Positions 20,300 to 31,620 of a DNA stretch of 64,000 bases are shown one piece after another (position 1 is the stretch's first letter; each line of letters starts with the position of its first letter). The position numbers were made by a program, and so were the translations under genes. The stretch covers positions 44,642 to 108,641 of the forward strand of contig JAWBBK010000005.1 in NCBI GenBank assembly GCA_038824665.1. Reading direction: 5' to 3'. A model generated the notes under the pieces. It made no database searches, had not been told where the DNA came from, and worked only from the letters and a program-made list of their open reading frames with translations. The stretch is from Acidilobaceae archaeon (GTDB taxonomy: Archaea; Thermoproteota; Thermoprotei_A; Sulfolobales; Acidilobaceae).

Positions 20300-21193
20300 T
20301 TAACTTTCTTCTATCAATCTTTCAGCAGCTTTAGCGGTCTCTCTAATTGTTTCTAAAGCGCTTGTAGAGAGCGCGCAGAGTCTTACTTTAAGCACAGGCC
20401 TTCCTAGTCTTTCTGCTTCTCTGAGAAGCCATTCATCAAGGTCTGTAAGCGGCTCTCCGCTAGCTCCTATCCCCACTACGGCGATCACAGAGTCCTCTTG
20501 AGAAAGCAAGACTGAGGCCTGACGAAGAGCTCTGGGAAGAGGAGCACTTCCCGGTTCTTCGGCCAAGTAATGGATTACGCGCAAACCTAGCCATTCTATT
20601 TGAGCTTGAATTCCTGCATAGACTATCACAGCCTTTCGTCCTTCTAACGTTACCTTTCTCTCAACGATCGAGTCTATGTCTCTCATTAAAGCTCTCAGTC
20701 TCTCCTGAACTTCTTCACCTCCTGCTCCTATTCTAATGAGTTCTTTAGCCACTACCTCAAGTATCACTTTGAGGTTGTAAGGATCGCAGTAGAGTTCGTG
20801 ATAATTGATCCTACCGTCTGGAAGCACAGGTCTAGATACATTTTCAAGATTGACTATGTTTATCACTACGCCTTTGATCTCACCTGTCTTCTTTAACTTC
20901 TCAACTTCATGATCGACGTGTGTGTGACCCATCGTCACAATCAGTAAGGCTCTTGAAAGAGTTCTCACTCCTTCTGGAGTCAGCGAGACATCATGAGGAT
21001 CAGCTCCTATAGTTACGACAACTGAGACCCTTCCCTTTCCTACTAGTCTCTCTAGCTCATCCAGCATTCCCGCAAATGTAACCGCTATTACGTACTCTTC
21101 ATCGCTTGGCGCAACGAAAAGTCTAGAAATGCCAAAAGCCAATATTGCAAGGAGAGCGAACAAGATCAGCAAAGCGAGCTTAGCTTTATGCAC
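20300..21193 (-). CDS. Metal ABC transporter substrate-binding protein (ZnuA/TroA-like)
   Basis: N-terminal anchor; GADPH..LTP and NYH...DP metal-ligand motifs. Confidence 0.82.
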   Translation of the reverse strand: MHKAKLALLILFALLAILAFGISRLFVAPSDEEYVIAVTFAGMLDELERLVGKGRVSVVVTIGADPHDVSLTPEGVRTLSRALLIVTMGHTHVDHEVEKLKKTGEIKGVVINIVNLENVSRPVLPDGRINYHELYCDPYNLKVILEVVAKELIRIGAGGEEVQERLRALMRDIDSIVERKVTLEGRKAVIVYAGIQAQIEWLGLRVIHYLAEEPGSAPLPRALRQASVLLSQEDSVIAVVGIGASGEPLTDLDEWLLREAERLGRPVLKVRLCALSTSALETIRETAKAAERLIEES

Positions 21194-21392
21194 AGTTCAC
21201 GTCACCTTAATCTATAGACTGTGCACAGAGTACTAAAGTCTGCCGGTAGAGTCTCTTAGGGCTTAAAGCGCCCTCGAAAACGGTTTCCTAACTCTTTGCA
21301 CAAACTAATACCTAACTTCGCACAATAAAGTCCCCATTCTTTTTAAACCTTAGTCCGTTAGTGCTACTTAGCGAGGTTTTCAGGTGGTATAA

Positions 21393-22169
21393 GTGGTCAT
21401 TGAGGAAGACGTCATAACGAAAACCATTGTCAAATACTCTTCTTTAGAGCTAGAAGAGCTGAGTAATGTAGACGTAGCCGTTGTGGGAGCTGGACCTTCA
21501 GGTCTAACCGTCGCCTACTATTTATCGAAAGCTGGCTTTAAAGTAGCTGTTTTCGAAAAGAGGTTCAGCTTCGGTGGTGGAACCGGTCCTGGAGGAAACA
21601 TGTTACCCATTGTGGTGTTTCAAGAAGAAGCTATTCCGATACTTGAAGAGTTCGGTATAAGATATGAGAGAGTAGAGACAGGACTGTATATAGCTAGACC
21701 TTCTGAAGTAGTAGCGAAACTCGCCTTTAAAGCTGTAGAAGCTGGAGCTAGAGTTCTTCTTGGAGCTACTGTAAACGACCTGATCTACAGAGATAATCCT
21801 TTGAGAATAGCTGGAGTGGTTTGGGTCTGGACTCCCATAGAAGAAGGAGGGTATCATGTAGACCCTCTGTTCACTAAAGCAAAGGCAGTGGTTGACGCTA
21901 CAGGACATGGAGCTGAGATAGTCTCGATCGCAACCAGAAAGATACCGGAGCTAGGCCTATCCGTTAAGGGAGAGAAAGCAGCATATGCTGAAAGGTCAGA
22001 AAAGTTAGTGGTAGAGCGTGCAGGTCGTGTAGCTCCTGGACTGTATGTGACCGGTATGGCTGTAGCCGCAGTTTACGGGCTTCCTAGGATGGGACCTATA
22101 TTTGGAGGGATGCTGTTAAGCGGGAGAAAAGTAGCGCACTTACTAATCAATGAGCTAAAAAGCTCATGA
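21393..22169 (+). CDS. thi4: Sulfide-dependent ADP-thiazole synthase (non-Cys Thi4)
   Basis: GAGPSGL, HVDP (His in place of the suicide Cys), DATGH and RMGPIFGGMLLSG motifs. Confidence 0.92.
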   Translation: MVIEEDVITKTIVKYSSLELEELSNVDVAVVGAGPSGLTVAYYLSKAGFKVAVFEKRFSFGGGTGPGGNMLPIVVFQEEAIPILEEFGIRYERVETGLYIARPSEVVAKLAFKAVEAGARVLLGATVNDLIYRDNPLRIAGVVWVWTPIEEGGYHVDPLFTKAKAVVDATGHGAEIVSIATRKIPELGLSVKGEKAAYAERSEKLVVERAGRVAPGLYVTGMAVAAVYGLPRMGPIFGGMLLSGRKVAHLLINELKSS

Positions 22170-22203
22170 TATATCGCAAATCTAGAAAACCGCGATTTAT
22201 ATC

Positions 22204-23142
22204 TTGAAGCGCTGTTTTAGCCTAGTAGAGCTGAGAAGCGATGAGGAAAAAGAGATGACGTTGAAAGAATTCCTTTTCAAATATTTGCTCTTGGTCATAT
22301 TGGTTGCAATTAGCGTCGTGTTAGCTCTAGCTTCTCATCTCGAACATCCTTATATCCCAAGAGCCTCTGTGTTTGCTTTAATTGGAGCCGCTCTAGGCTT
22401 CGGAGCTGTAAGCGGACTTGTAGCTCTTCAGAAGAGCTACTTCATAGCTCACTCTATGCCTCACGTAGTGCTCTTTATCGCGCCTCTCGCCCTCCTGATC
22501 GAGAGCTATCTCGGAGGGAGCAGTTGGCTTTATGCTACAGTGCTCACGTTATTTGTGAGTTTGTTAGCTGGACGGCTGAGAGAAAGATTTGAAAGCGAGA
22601 TTGTAGCTTCTATAATTATTGCCGCTACCGCCTCTTTGTCAACTATCACTATATACTACGCTACTGCTGTAATTAGTGGAGTGAACGTTTATGCGTTTGT
22701 AGTAGGAGATCCGTTCTTGGTCACCTCTGAAGAGGCTCTCATCGCTTTATTCGCTGGGCTCCTGACTTCAGCTATATCTTTAAGCATAGCTAGAGAAATA
22801 GGGATAATCGGTATCGACAGGTCATTAGCGTCTAGCGTAGGTATCAACGTAAAGCTCTTTGAAACTGTGGCTCTAGCGTTGATTGCTCTGGTTTCAGCCA
22901 CCATGGTGAAGATAACGGGCTTCCTCATAGTAACGGTCTCTCTCTTAATTCCAGGAGCTCTTTCAGCCCAAATAGCTCGTGGAGCCAAACACCACATTCT
23001 AGTCTCGATCGTAATTGCCTTAGCCTCGTTTACTGCAGGATTGTATTTATCGCTTTACCTTAACATTCCTGTATCTGGAGGTGTGGGGATGACTATGCTC
23101 TTCGCTTTCGTTCTGACTATGGTGGTTCTTCGTGCCAGATAA
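22204..23142 (+). CDS. Metal ABC transporter permease (ZnuB/ABC-3 family)
   Basis: Multi-TM protein with AHSMPH, FVVGD and D...A...G motifs; real start probably at 22255. Confidence 0.82.
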   Translation: MKRCFSLVELRSDEEKEMTLKEFLFKYLLLVILVAISVVLALASHLEHPYIPRASVFALIGAALGFGAVSGLVALQKSYFIAHSMPHVVLFIAPLALLIESYLGGSSWLYATVLTLFVSLLAGRLRERFESEIVASIIIAATASLSTITIYYATAVISGVNVYAFVVGDPFLVTSEEALIALFAGLLTSAISLSIAREIGIIGIDRSLASSVGINVKLFETVALALIALVSATMVKITGFLIVTVSLLIPGALSAQIARGAKHHILVSIVIALASFTAGLYLSLYLNIPVSGGVGMTMLFAFVLTMVVLRAR

Positions 23143-23521
23143 GAAAAGATTCGGAATAAGCATAGAAGCAAAACTGGCTGAAAGACTTGACAAACTTTGT
23201 TCAAGGCTCGGTTTAAATAGAAGCAAAGTTGTAGAGCAAGCCGTTGCTAGGTTTTTAAACAACGTAGAGCACTATCTAGAAAGCCATTATTGTATTTCAC
23301 TATTCGTCGTATCTTGTTCGGAAGAAGCTACAGGACTTAGAGAACTCGTGGAAAAACATTCGGAAAAAGTGATCCTCGATGTACATAATCACAGTGAGGG
23401 CTATTGTAGAGTCGTTTTCGTGATAGAGAGCGATTCGGAAAAGATTTTGGAGATCTACAAACACGTGACTAATCTAAAGAGATGTAGAGCTTCACTCATC
23501 TCGCTACACGATGAAATCTAA
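23132..23521 (+). CDS. NikR-like ribbon-helix-helix metalloregulator
   Basis: RFGISI..L..LD...NRS RHH N-terminus; C-terminal H..HNH....C ligand set. Confidence 0.8.
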   Translation: MPDKKRFGISIEAKLAERLDKLCSRLGLNRSKVVEQAVARFLNNVEHYLESHYCISLFVVSCSEEATGLRELVEKHSEKVILDVHNHSEGYCRVVFVIESDSEKILEIYKHVTNLKRCRASLISLHDEI

Positions 23522-24093
23522 GCTCTGCTCAACACAAAAAAGCATGCTGTGAGAACGGCTATGAGATAGAGTTCTAAGAGAGCTATTGATGGCCAGGGAG
23601 CTAAAAGTCCGATCACAGCTACTACAGTTAATAATATAGGAACGACTGCTGAAGTCTTTTCTTTTTTCTCTAGCAACAGCCTGAAACTAGAAACGAGAAC
23701 AGTAACGTAAGCCATTGCGAAAAACGAAACTGCAAAAAACAGATGAAGACTTCTTCCTTCAGGGAAGAGACCAACGCCTGCCAATAGCGCAGACGTTAAT
23801 AACATAGAAGCAGCTGGAACGCTTCCGAACCTCTCATAAAGATAGAAGCTGAAGAACGACAAAAGAACAGCTGAGGTTATGAGACCCAAATTGAAGATCT
23901 CTGGACTTTTGGCGCGCTCGCTACCTAGGTCACTCAAAGCATGTTCGGTAAGCGAATACCAATCCCTATTGACGTAGATAGCTAGAACTAAGTGTACTAC
24001 AAATACCACTAGAGCTAGAACCCAAGCCCATCTCATTGTCTTTCTGAGCGCTAAGAAAGCGTTTTTGAAAGCAACTCTTTCATATGATAGCAC
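23518..24093 (-). CDS. DUF998-like membrane protein
   Basis: ALSDLG, IFNLGL and GVGLFP...LH motifs. Confidence 0.75.
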   Translation of the reverse strand: MLSYERVAFKNAFLALRKTMRWAWVLALVVFVVHLVLAIYVNRDWYSLTEHALSDLGSERAKSPEIFNLGLITSAVLLSFFSFYLYERFGSVPAASMLLTSALLAGVGLFPEGRSLHLFFAVSFFAMAYVTVLVSSFRLLLEKKEKTSAVVPILLTVVAVIGLLAPWPSIALLELYLIAVLTACFFVLSRA

Positions 24094-24129
24094 GTGCTCA
24101 CCCTTTCAATCAATTTCTGGAGTTCTATA

Positions 24130-24545
24130 TTATTTAAATCTTCAAAAGAATATACAGGATTGCCCATAGGACACGTGCGGAGACAGCCTGCATGTACCCA
24201 CAACCTAAATGTACTCTCGTCATCTAGGCCAAAGTTCCAACGCTTTAGCCATAACCACTCTTAACGGAGTTGGGAACCCTAGAACTCCAAGACTAGAATC
24301 GATCATCATCCTTTTAATACAACGTCTGAGCACGAACTTTAATCCTTTATCGTTAGCTTCACGTCTCTCTTTTTATCAAATTCGACAAGATCCGAGTCTT
24401 GTAGCTTTTTCACTCCAATGCTAACAGCTGAGACAGAAACTCCAAGAGCAAACGCTATAGAGGTAAGCTTTGTGTACGTACTGCCAGTAGTAACTAAAAA
24501 TATAGCTTTAAGATATCTTAGCATAGATTCCGTAAGCTTGCCTCT
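24130..24545 (-). pseudogene. DtxR/MntR-family metal-dependent repressor, doubly frameshifted
   Basis: LTESMLRYLKAI..IA..LGVS.SAVS..KKL HTH; continues in shifted frames as KLTDKG.. and ends in TCPMGNP, matching the DtxR CPHGNP motif. Confidence 0.75.
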
Positions 24546-24682
24546 TCTACTTCTGAATGTACAAATCCCTAAGTTTCTCCTTGATCAGAAAGTTTTAAAT
24601 TTAATTAAGCTTAGTTTTATTGTTTTGATAGAACGTTTTAACATTCAATAAATGTTTAAGCTCTCTTAGACTCTAATAGATC

Positions 24683-25351
24683 GTGAACGGTGTTAACTCT
24701 ATGGTCAACGTTATATGGCATGGTCATGCATGCGTAGAGGTCAGATTATCGAGCGGGCTGTCGATAGTGTTCGACCCTCATGATGGAGCTAGTCTTGGAA
24801 TTCCTAAGCCCAAAGCCTTAGCCGATATCGTGCTGATAAGCCACGATCACTTTGACCATAACGCTACAAGCGCTGTGGCCAAGCCTCAAGCCAAAGTCTT
24901 TAAGATGAGCCTAGGGGAGATCGTTCTGGACTCTATTAAGATCGAAGGCTTACCGAGCTATCACGATAAGTCTAAAGGAGCACAAAGAGGAACAAACGTT
25001 ATATACGTACTTGAAGCCGAACAACTAAAGCTGGTACATCTAGGAGACCTAGGCGATGAGCCTGAACCTCCCGTCTTAACTAAGATCTCAGAAGCGAACT
25101 TACTGATCGTCCCAGTAGGCGGGACCTTTACCATAGGTCCCTCAGAAGCCTGGCAACTAGTTGAAAAGACTAGACCTATTAATGTGATGCCTATCCATTA
25201 CGCTACGAAAGGACTACGACTGCCCTTGAGACCTGTGGACGACTTTCTTAAGCAGGTGAAGAAAGGTTATGAAGTAAAGAGATTAGAAGTTAATAGCTTC
25301 AATTTAAAAGACTATAAAAACACAGTCATAGTTCCTAAACCGCCAGTCTGA
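24683..25351 (+). CDS. Metallo-beta-lactamase fold hydrolase
   Basis: WHGHAC, SHDHFDH, HLGD, PVGG and PIHY motifs. Confidence 0.88.
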   Translation: MNGVNSMVNVIWHGHACVEVRLSSGLSIVFDPHDGASLGIPKPKALADIVLISHDHFDHNATSAVAKPQAKVFKMSLGEIVLDSIKIEGLPSYHDKSKGAQRGTNVIYVLEAEQLKLVHLGDLGDEPEPPVLTKISEANLLIVPVGGTFTIGPSEAWQLVEKTRPINVMPIHYATKGLRLPLRPVDDFLKQVKKGYEVKRLEVNSFNLKDYKNTVIVPKPPV

Positions 25352-25432
25352 GAAGATAAACATCCAAAAGATAAAGGACGAAAACAGAAGAAGTCCTAGA
25401 TAGAGCGCTTTGTCCTCTCAAGAACCTATATT

Positions 25433-26239
25433 TTAAAGAACCTCTATAATGTGTGGTAGCTCCTTCAGAGATTTCACCACAATAACTCCTTTCTCCTTTA
25501 GTTCTTTGAGAGATGTCTCCTCAGAACGAGAAACTAAAATAGCTTTCGCTCCTATCCTCAAAGCTAGTTCTACGTCTGACTCGATTCTGTCGCCGATCAC
25601 TATAATGTCTTCGAATCGAACCTTGTTGTTCCTCAGAGCGACCTCCGCTATCCAAGGATTAGGCTTACCAGCTACGAAATCCGACTTTCTGCCAGCCGCA
25701 TACTCCAGCGCTGCCACTATCGCTCCAGCCCCTAGCTTCTCTCCCTCTTCTGTAGGCAAGCGAGGGTCACGACTCGTAGCTACGAAAAGAACTCCTTTCA
25801 TTATAGCTTTCAAAGCTTTCGAGAGCTTCTCATAAGTTAATTCTCTATCGAGACCTACCACTACAGCTTCTGCCTCTTCAGGATCATCAGTTACCTGAAG
25901 CCCTGCTAAAGAGAGTTCTTCTATAAGTCCCTTTTCACCTACAACATACACCTTAGCGGACTTGAGTCTCTCAGTAAGCCAAAGAGCTGCTGCCCAACCG
26001 CTTGTCACTACATCGTTTTCTGTAACCCATAGCCCTAGAGAGCTGAGCCTCTGAGCATAATCTCTTCTGCTCAAAGTGGAATTATTGGTTATGAAAACTA
26101 TGTTCGCTCCCTTTACTGATTTTAAGTATTGTACGTTGTCCCAAAGCACGTTACGCCCGATCCAAACAACACCGTCGAGATCAACCATTAGTAACCGCAC
26201 TAGAGGACACCAGCTTCTTAAGAATTTCAAGAACTTCAT
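25433..26239 (-). CDS. HAD-IIA (NagD-like) phosphatase
   Basis: DLDGV, TNNS, GKP and IGDRIESD motifs; real start probably near 26203. Confidence 0.88.
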   Translation of the reverse strand: MKFLKFLRSWCPLVRLLMVDLDGVVWIGRNVLWDNVQYLKSVKGANIVFITNNSTLSRRDYAQRLSSLGLWVTENDVVTSGWAAALWLTERLKSAKVYVVGEKGLIEELSLAGLQVTDDPEEAEAVVVGLDRELTYEKLSKALKAIMKGVLFVATSRDPRLPTEEGEKLGAGAIVAALEYAAGRKSDFVAGKPNPWIAEVALRNNKVRFEDIIVIGDRIESDVELALRIGAKAILVSRSEETSLKELKEKGVIVVKSLKELPHIIEVL

Positions 26240-28946
26240 GGGGCGATAGAAGACGATGTAGTCTAACGCTAGCGTAGGTTCTCGAACCTCCTCCCTTACC
26301 TCCGATGAGTGAAGCCATTGATGTAGCTATAGTCCCAAGGTCTAACTGAGAGCCGGCTTTCTTGCCAGCAGCTAGCTCAAGTTGTGACTCTTTTTCGAAT
26401 TTAAGTAGAGCGGCTACCACCAAGTCCTCGAACTCCTCAGTCAGCTTTTTGAGAACTTCTTGAATTACCTCACGCTCTTTCTCAACAGGTTCAATAACGA
26501 AAACCCTGATCTCGCCCACTGTCTCTGCTCTAGCAACCTCTTTTTTGAGATTCTCTATCCAGACCTCTCTGTAAGCTCTAAGCTTAGCTTTAGCTTCTCT
26601 GAACTCGTCTACGATCTTCTTGACTTTCTCTATCTCTTGGTCTCTCTTCGCTTCAGTTATTTTAGCGATCTCATTAATCTTGTTTTCGAGTCTAGATGCT
26701 TCTTCAGCTACGCGGGTTCCAGCAACGAACTCAAGCCTTACTACTCCGTCTTGGATCCTCTCTACATTTATTATCTTAATCGCACCTACGTCTCCTGTGT
26801 CAAGTACATGAGTTCCTCCACAAGCCTGAACGTCCCAACCCTCTATTTCGACTATTCTTATCTTTTTCGCCATTGGAACTCCTCCCTGGTATATCGAAAA
26901 ACCGAACTTCTCTTCAGCGTAGTTCTTATCGACAACCTCTATTCTGACCCTCCTGCGCTCGTCCACGACCTTGTTCGCTAAAGCCTCTATCGCTCTAATC
27001 TGGTCTGAAGTAAGGCTTCTATGATGAGTTATATCTAATCTAGCTTTCTCTTCAGTTTTTTCAGCTCCAGCCTGCCAGACATGAGAGCCAAGTAGTCTTC
27101 TTGCTGCTCCTAAAACTATATGTGTTGCTGTATGATGTCTCATTATTCTAAATCTCCTTTCCCAATCTATTTTACCTCTAACTTTAAAGCTTGGCTTTAA
27201 AACAGACTGTGATTCTTCTAGGATATGGACTACAACGTCGTTCACCTTTTCAACTCCAACAACCCTATATTTAACCCCTCCGACCTCTATGTAGCCTGTA
27301 TCGCTATACTGTCCACCACCTTTTGAGTAGAAGAGAGTAGAATCCAAAACGACATAGCGGTCTTTAGATCCTAATACTACAGCTTCGAACTCTCTAGCGT
27401 AAGGATCTTCGTAGTAAAGCAGTCTCGTGTTGGGGAACTGTTTAGCCCACTCAACGACTTCAGGAGGTAGCGTTACTTTCTCTATCTCTTTAGCTAATCT
27501 TGAAGGCGATCTATGCCTTCTGGCTACAATAGAGTAAAAATCGTGAGGCACGCTTACTACAGCTCCTTTTGTAGCCGCTATTTCAGCCACTACGTCAGGA
27601 GGTACTCCATGACTATCGTAAATCTTTATCAAATCCTCTAAAGTCAGCACTGCTCCCTTCTTTAATTCTTTCTCTACCAGCTTCACTCCTCTGTGTAGAA
27701 CTTCTCTAAACCTCTCTTCCTCTAGCATTGCTACGTCCAGAATGTAATCCCTGTTCTCTTTCAATTGAGGAAAGTCTTGAGCCCAGAAATCTATCTGAAA
27801 CTCTAGCAAGTCGAGTAAAGACTTAGAGGTCCCTAGCTTCAAGAGCTGACGAATGGTCCTTCTGGCTACAAGTCTAGCTAGATAGCCTTCTCCAGAGTTG
27901 CTCGGAACTATCCCGTCAGCTAACATCATAGCCAAAGTCTTTGAATGGTCGAGAACAGCATAAAAGCTAACCTCTCTTTGGAGAACCTTAATAACTTTCT
28001 CAAGAGGTTCTCCAGAGAGTCTAGACATGTTTTCATAGAAAGACTTTAAGCTATTGGGGTCTCCTGGGTCTAAACGACCTACAGACTTAAACGCGGCCCA
28101 CATGATCTTTTCGTCAGGCTTTTCTACTTCTAGAAAGCTTCTGAGCTTATCGAGAGAGTCGCCATAGATCGCATGAAAAGCTGTAGGCTTTTTTGAGGTA
28201 TACCAAGCGATCCTTTCCACTCCATAGCCTGTATCGACGATCTTCAGCGGGATTTCAGAGTATTTTCCATCTTCAGTTCTGTACATCATAAAAACGAGCG
28301 TAGCGAGTTCTATACCGCCTACAGTCACTTCAAAACATGGACCAGCGTTTCCGCCACCTTCCCACCAGGACTCTTTAAAGGTGATCATGTCTTCAGGTAT
28401 CCCGATCTCTTTCGTGAAGAATTCATAAGCGTATCTAACGGTCTCGTCCTTCCAGTATACATATTTCTCTGGATAGTTGAAGGCATGATGTGCTGCCATC
28501 TCGAAGCTAGTCAGATGTCTGCCCAAAGTCAGACCAACGTTATCTATGTCCTCTAGCCTAATGCTTGGCTGACTGATTACTAACGGATTAGCTGGTGGAG
28601 GGACGATCCCGCTTGTAACATGAGGTTGGAACACAGCAATGCTGGCTATAGTCAAATAGAGGTCTTCTCTCCATCGAGCCACAACCGGACGTGGAGAAAT
28701 GTATTCGTGACCTCTTTTAGTAAAGAACTCTACGAACTTCCTCCTAGCTTCTCTTACGTTTAGAGCCTCTTTAGCTGGGATCTCATTAAACCAGTAGTCC
28801 ACGCATGGAGCGTCTTGAGGTTCCTCGAATTCTGAATTAAGAGTCCAGAAGTACTCATTACATCTCTTCCCTCGAACTCTTCTAAACCCTTTCTCTTTAA
28901 AGAACGGTAGCTCAAACTCTTTAGGGTCTGCGAAGCTCAAGGGCAT
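26181..28946 (-). CDS. alaS: Alanyl-tRNA synthetase (archaeal type)
   Basis: ARWREDLYLTIASI, VDTGYG.ERI, editing HHTATH..CGGTH and C-terminal GKGGG motifs. Confidence 0.96.
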   Translation of the reverse strand: MPLSFADPKEFELPFFKEKGFRRVRGKRCNEYFWTLNSEFEEPQDAPCVDYWFNEIPAKEALNVREARRKFVEFFTKRGHEYISPRPVVARWREDLYLTIASIAVFQPHVTSGIVPPPANPLVISQPSIRLEDIDNVGLTLGRHLTSFEMAAHHAFNYPEKYVYWKDETVRYAYEFFTKEIGIPEDMITFKESWWEGGGNAGPCFEVTVGGIELATLVFMMYRTEDGKYSEIPLKIVDTGYGVERIAWYTSKKPTAFHAIYGDSLDKLRSFLEVEKPDEKIMWAAFKSVGRLDPGDPNSLKSFYENMSRLSGEPLEKVIKVLQREVSFYAVLDHSKTLAMMLADGIVPSNSGEGYLARLVARRTIRQLLKLGTSKSLLDLLEFQIDFWAQDFPQLKENRDYILDVAMLEEERFREVLHRGVKLVEKELKKGAVLTLEDLIKIYDSHGVPPDVVAEIAATKGAVVSVPHDFYSIVARRHRSPSRLAKEIEKVTLPPEVVEWAKQFPNTRLLYYEDPYAREFEAVVLGSKDRYVVLDSTLFYSKGGGQYSDTGYIEVGGVKYRVVGVEKVNDVVVHILEESQSVLKPSFKVRGKIDWERRFRIMRHHTATHIVLGAARRLLGSHVWQAGAEKTEEKARLDITHHRSLTSDQIRAIEALANKVVDERRRVRIEVVDKNYAEEKFGFSIYQGGVPMAKKIRIVEIEGWDVQACGGTHVLDTGDVGAIKIINVERIQDGVVRLEFVAGTRVAEEASRLENKINEIAKITEAKRDQEIEKVKKIVDEFREAKAKLRAYREVWIENLKKEVARAETVGEIRVFVIEPVEKEREVIQEVLKKLTEEFEDLVVAALLKFEKESQLELAAGKKAGSQLDLGTIATSMASLIGGKGGGSRTYASVRLHRLLSPHEVLEILKKLVSSSAVTNG

Positions 28947-28996
28947 AGCCCTGCTTCTGACATGTACGAAGACTTATAAAGAGAAACAACTAAGCG

Positions 28997-30036
<1,040 letters not shown>

Positions 30037-30040
<4 letters not shown>

Positions 30041-30696
30041 CTTAGCAAAGCCACTGAAGGTGACATCGTCTTCTTAACGTAAACGGTTTTTATCTTGTCA
30101 GCTCCTAACTTAGACTCTACCAAAGAAAGCACTGTTTTAGCGTTCTCTACAAGTTGTGAAATGCTAGTTCTTTCCGAACCGATCCTACAGCCTATCTGTG
30201 GCTGTCCTCTAGCTCTAAGCAAGACTGCTCTCTTATATCTCTCGACCACTTCCGCTATGTTTGCATTAGGCTGTACAGGCATTAACGCTTTACCTCTAGG
30301 TCCTAAAGCTGGGCCCAGGATTTTGCCAACCACACCCATTAGGTCAGCTCTCACTAAAACCCAATCACAAGACTCTGCTAACTTTTTAGCTCCTTTCTTG
30401 TCTAGTGCTTGGATATCCTGTCTGGAAAAAACCCGGATGCCCTGGATGTTCTTCGCCGCTATCAGCATATCTCCTTCAGCTACTAGACAGATGCTTACAT
30501 CTCTACCGATACCGTGAGGAAGGAAAACTACTTCTCTGAACCTGCCTTCTTGAGATTTAGGATCCACACCTTTCAACACTATCTGTAACTCTACTCCTTG
30601 GTCGAACCGTCTTTTCCCGAGTTCGAGAGCTTTAGATATGGCGTCTCGCAAAGCAACCTCATCTATAGGCATCTCGCTTGCCCCCCAGGACTTCAC
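30037..30696 (-). CDS. rpl1: 50S ribosomal protein L1
   Basis: RRFDQGVEL, LPHG, LGPALGPRGK and VYVKKTM motifs. Confidence 0.95.
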
Positions 30697-30726
30697 ATTA
30701 TAAAGTCTTTAAAAGCGTTCTTGAAG

Positions 30727-31047
30727 CTAAGCTTTAAGCCACTTCTCTTCATATCGCTTCAGTAGCTCATCGTATAATCCTTTTTCTATTTCTGCAGTCA
30801 CAAGCTTCGGGTCTTTTCCATTGACCGTTATCCCAATGCTCCTAGCCGAGCCCAATATCGTTTTGACCGCAGCTTTAAGACTCTTAGCTAAAAGATCTGG
30901 CTTCTTTTCGATAGCTATCTCTATGATTTTTTCTAAAGGCAGGTCTCCGATCTTCTTGTGAGCAGGGTCTCCGCTAGGCTCTGAAACGTTAACGGCTTTA
31001 AGTAACAGCTCAGTGGCGCTAGGTTTGACCTGACCTCCTTTTCCCAT
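30727..31047 (-). CDS. rpl11: 50S ribosomal protein L11, C-terminal rRNA-binding domain only
   Basis: [40 protein letters not shown]; 106 aa; TATA and SD directly upstream. Confidence 0.88.
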   Translation of the reverse strand: MGKGGQVKPSATELLLKAVNVSEPSGDPAHKKIGDLPLEKIIEIAIEKKPDLLAKSLKAAVKTILGSARSIGITVNGKDPKLVTAEIEKGLYDELLKRYEEKWLKA

Positions 31048-31205
31048 ACGCTGCCCCTTCCGAAGCCTTATGACTGAAGCTTAAATAAGGTATAGCGCTG
31101 TTGATTTCTTGTCTACATCGTGAAGCCTAAACTTGATTTGGTGTTCACGATACTGAAATGTTTTTAACTTTGCAACCAGCTAGCCCTTGCGGGGGCGTGT
31201 CAGGA

Positions 31206-31544
<339 letters not shown>

Positions 31545-31620
31545 AACAGACAAAGAGTCTCTTCAACACTCTTCTCACCCTAGCTTTATGTCCTCAGACT
31601 GGACTACCTGATTTTATAAG

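Noticed and set aside
21194-21392. TPP riboswitch upstream of thi4
   Set aside because: No recognisable CUGAGA or aptamer core; only a short CTGTGCACAG palindrome
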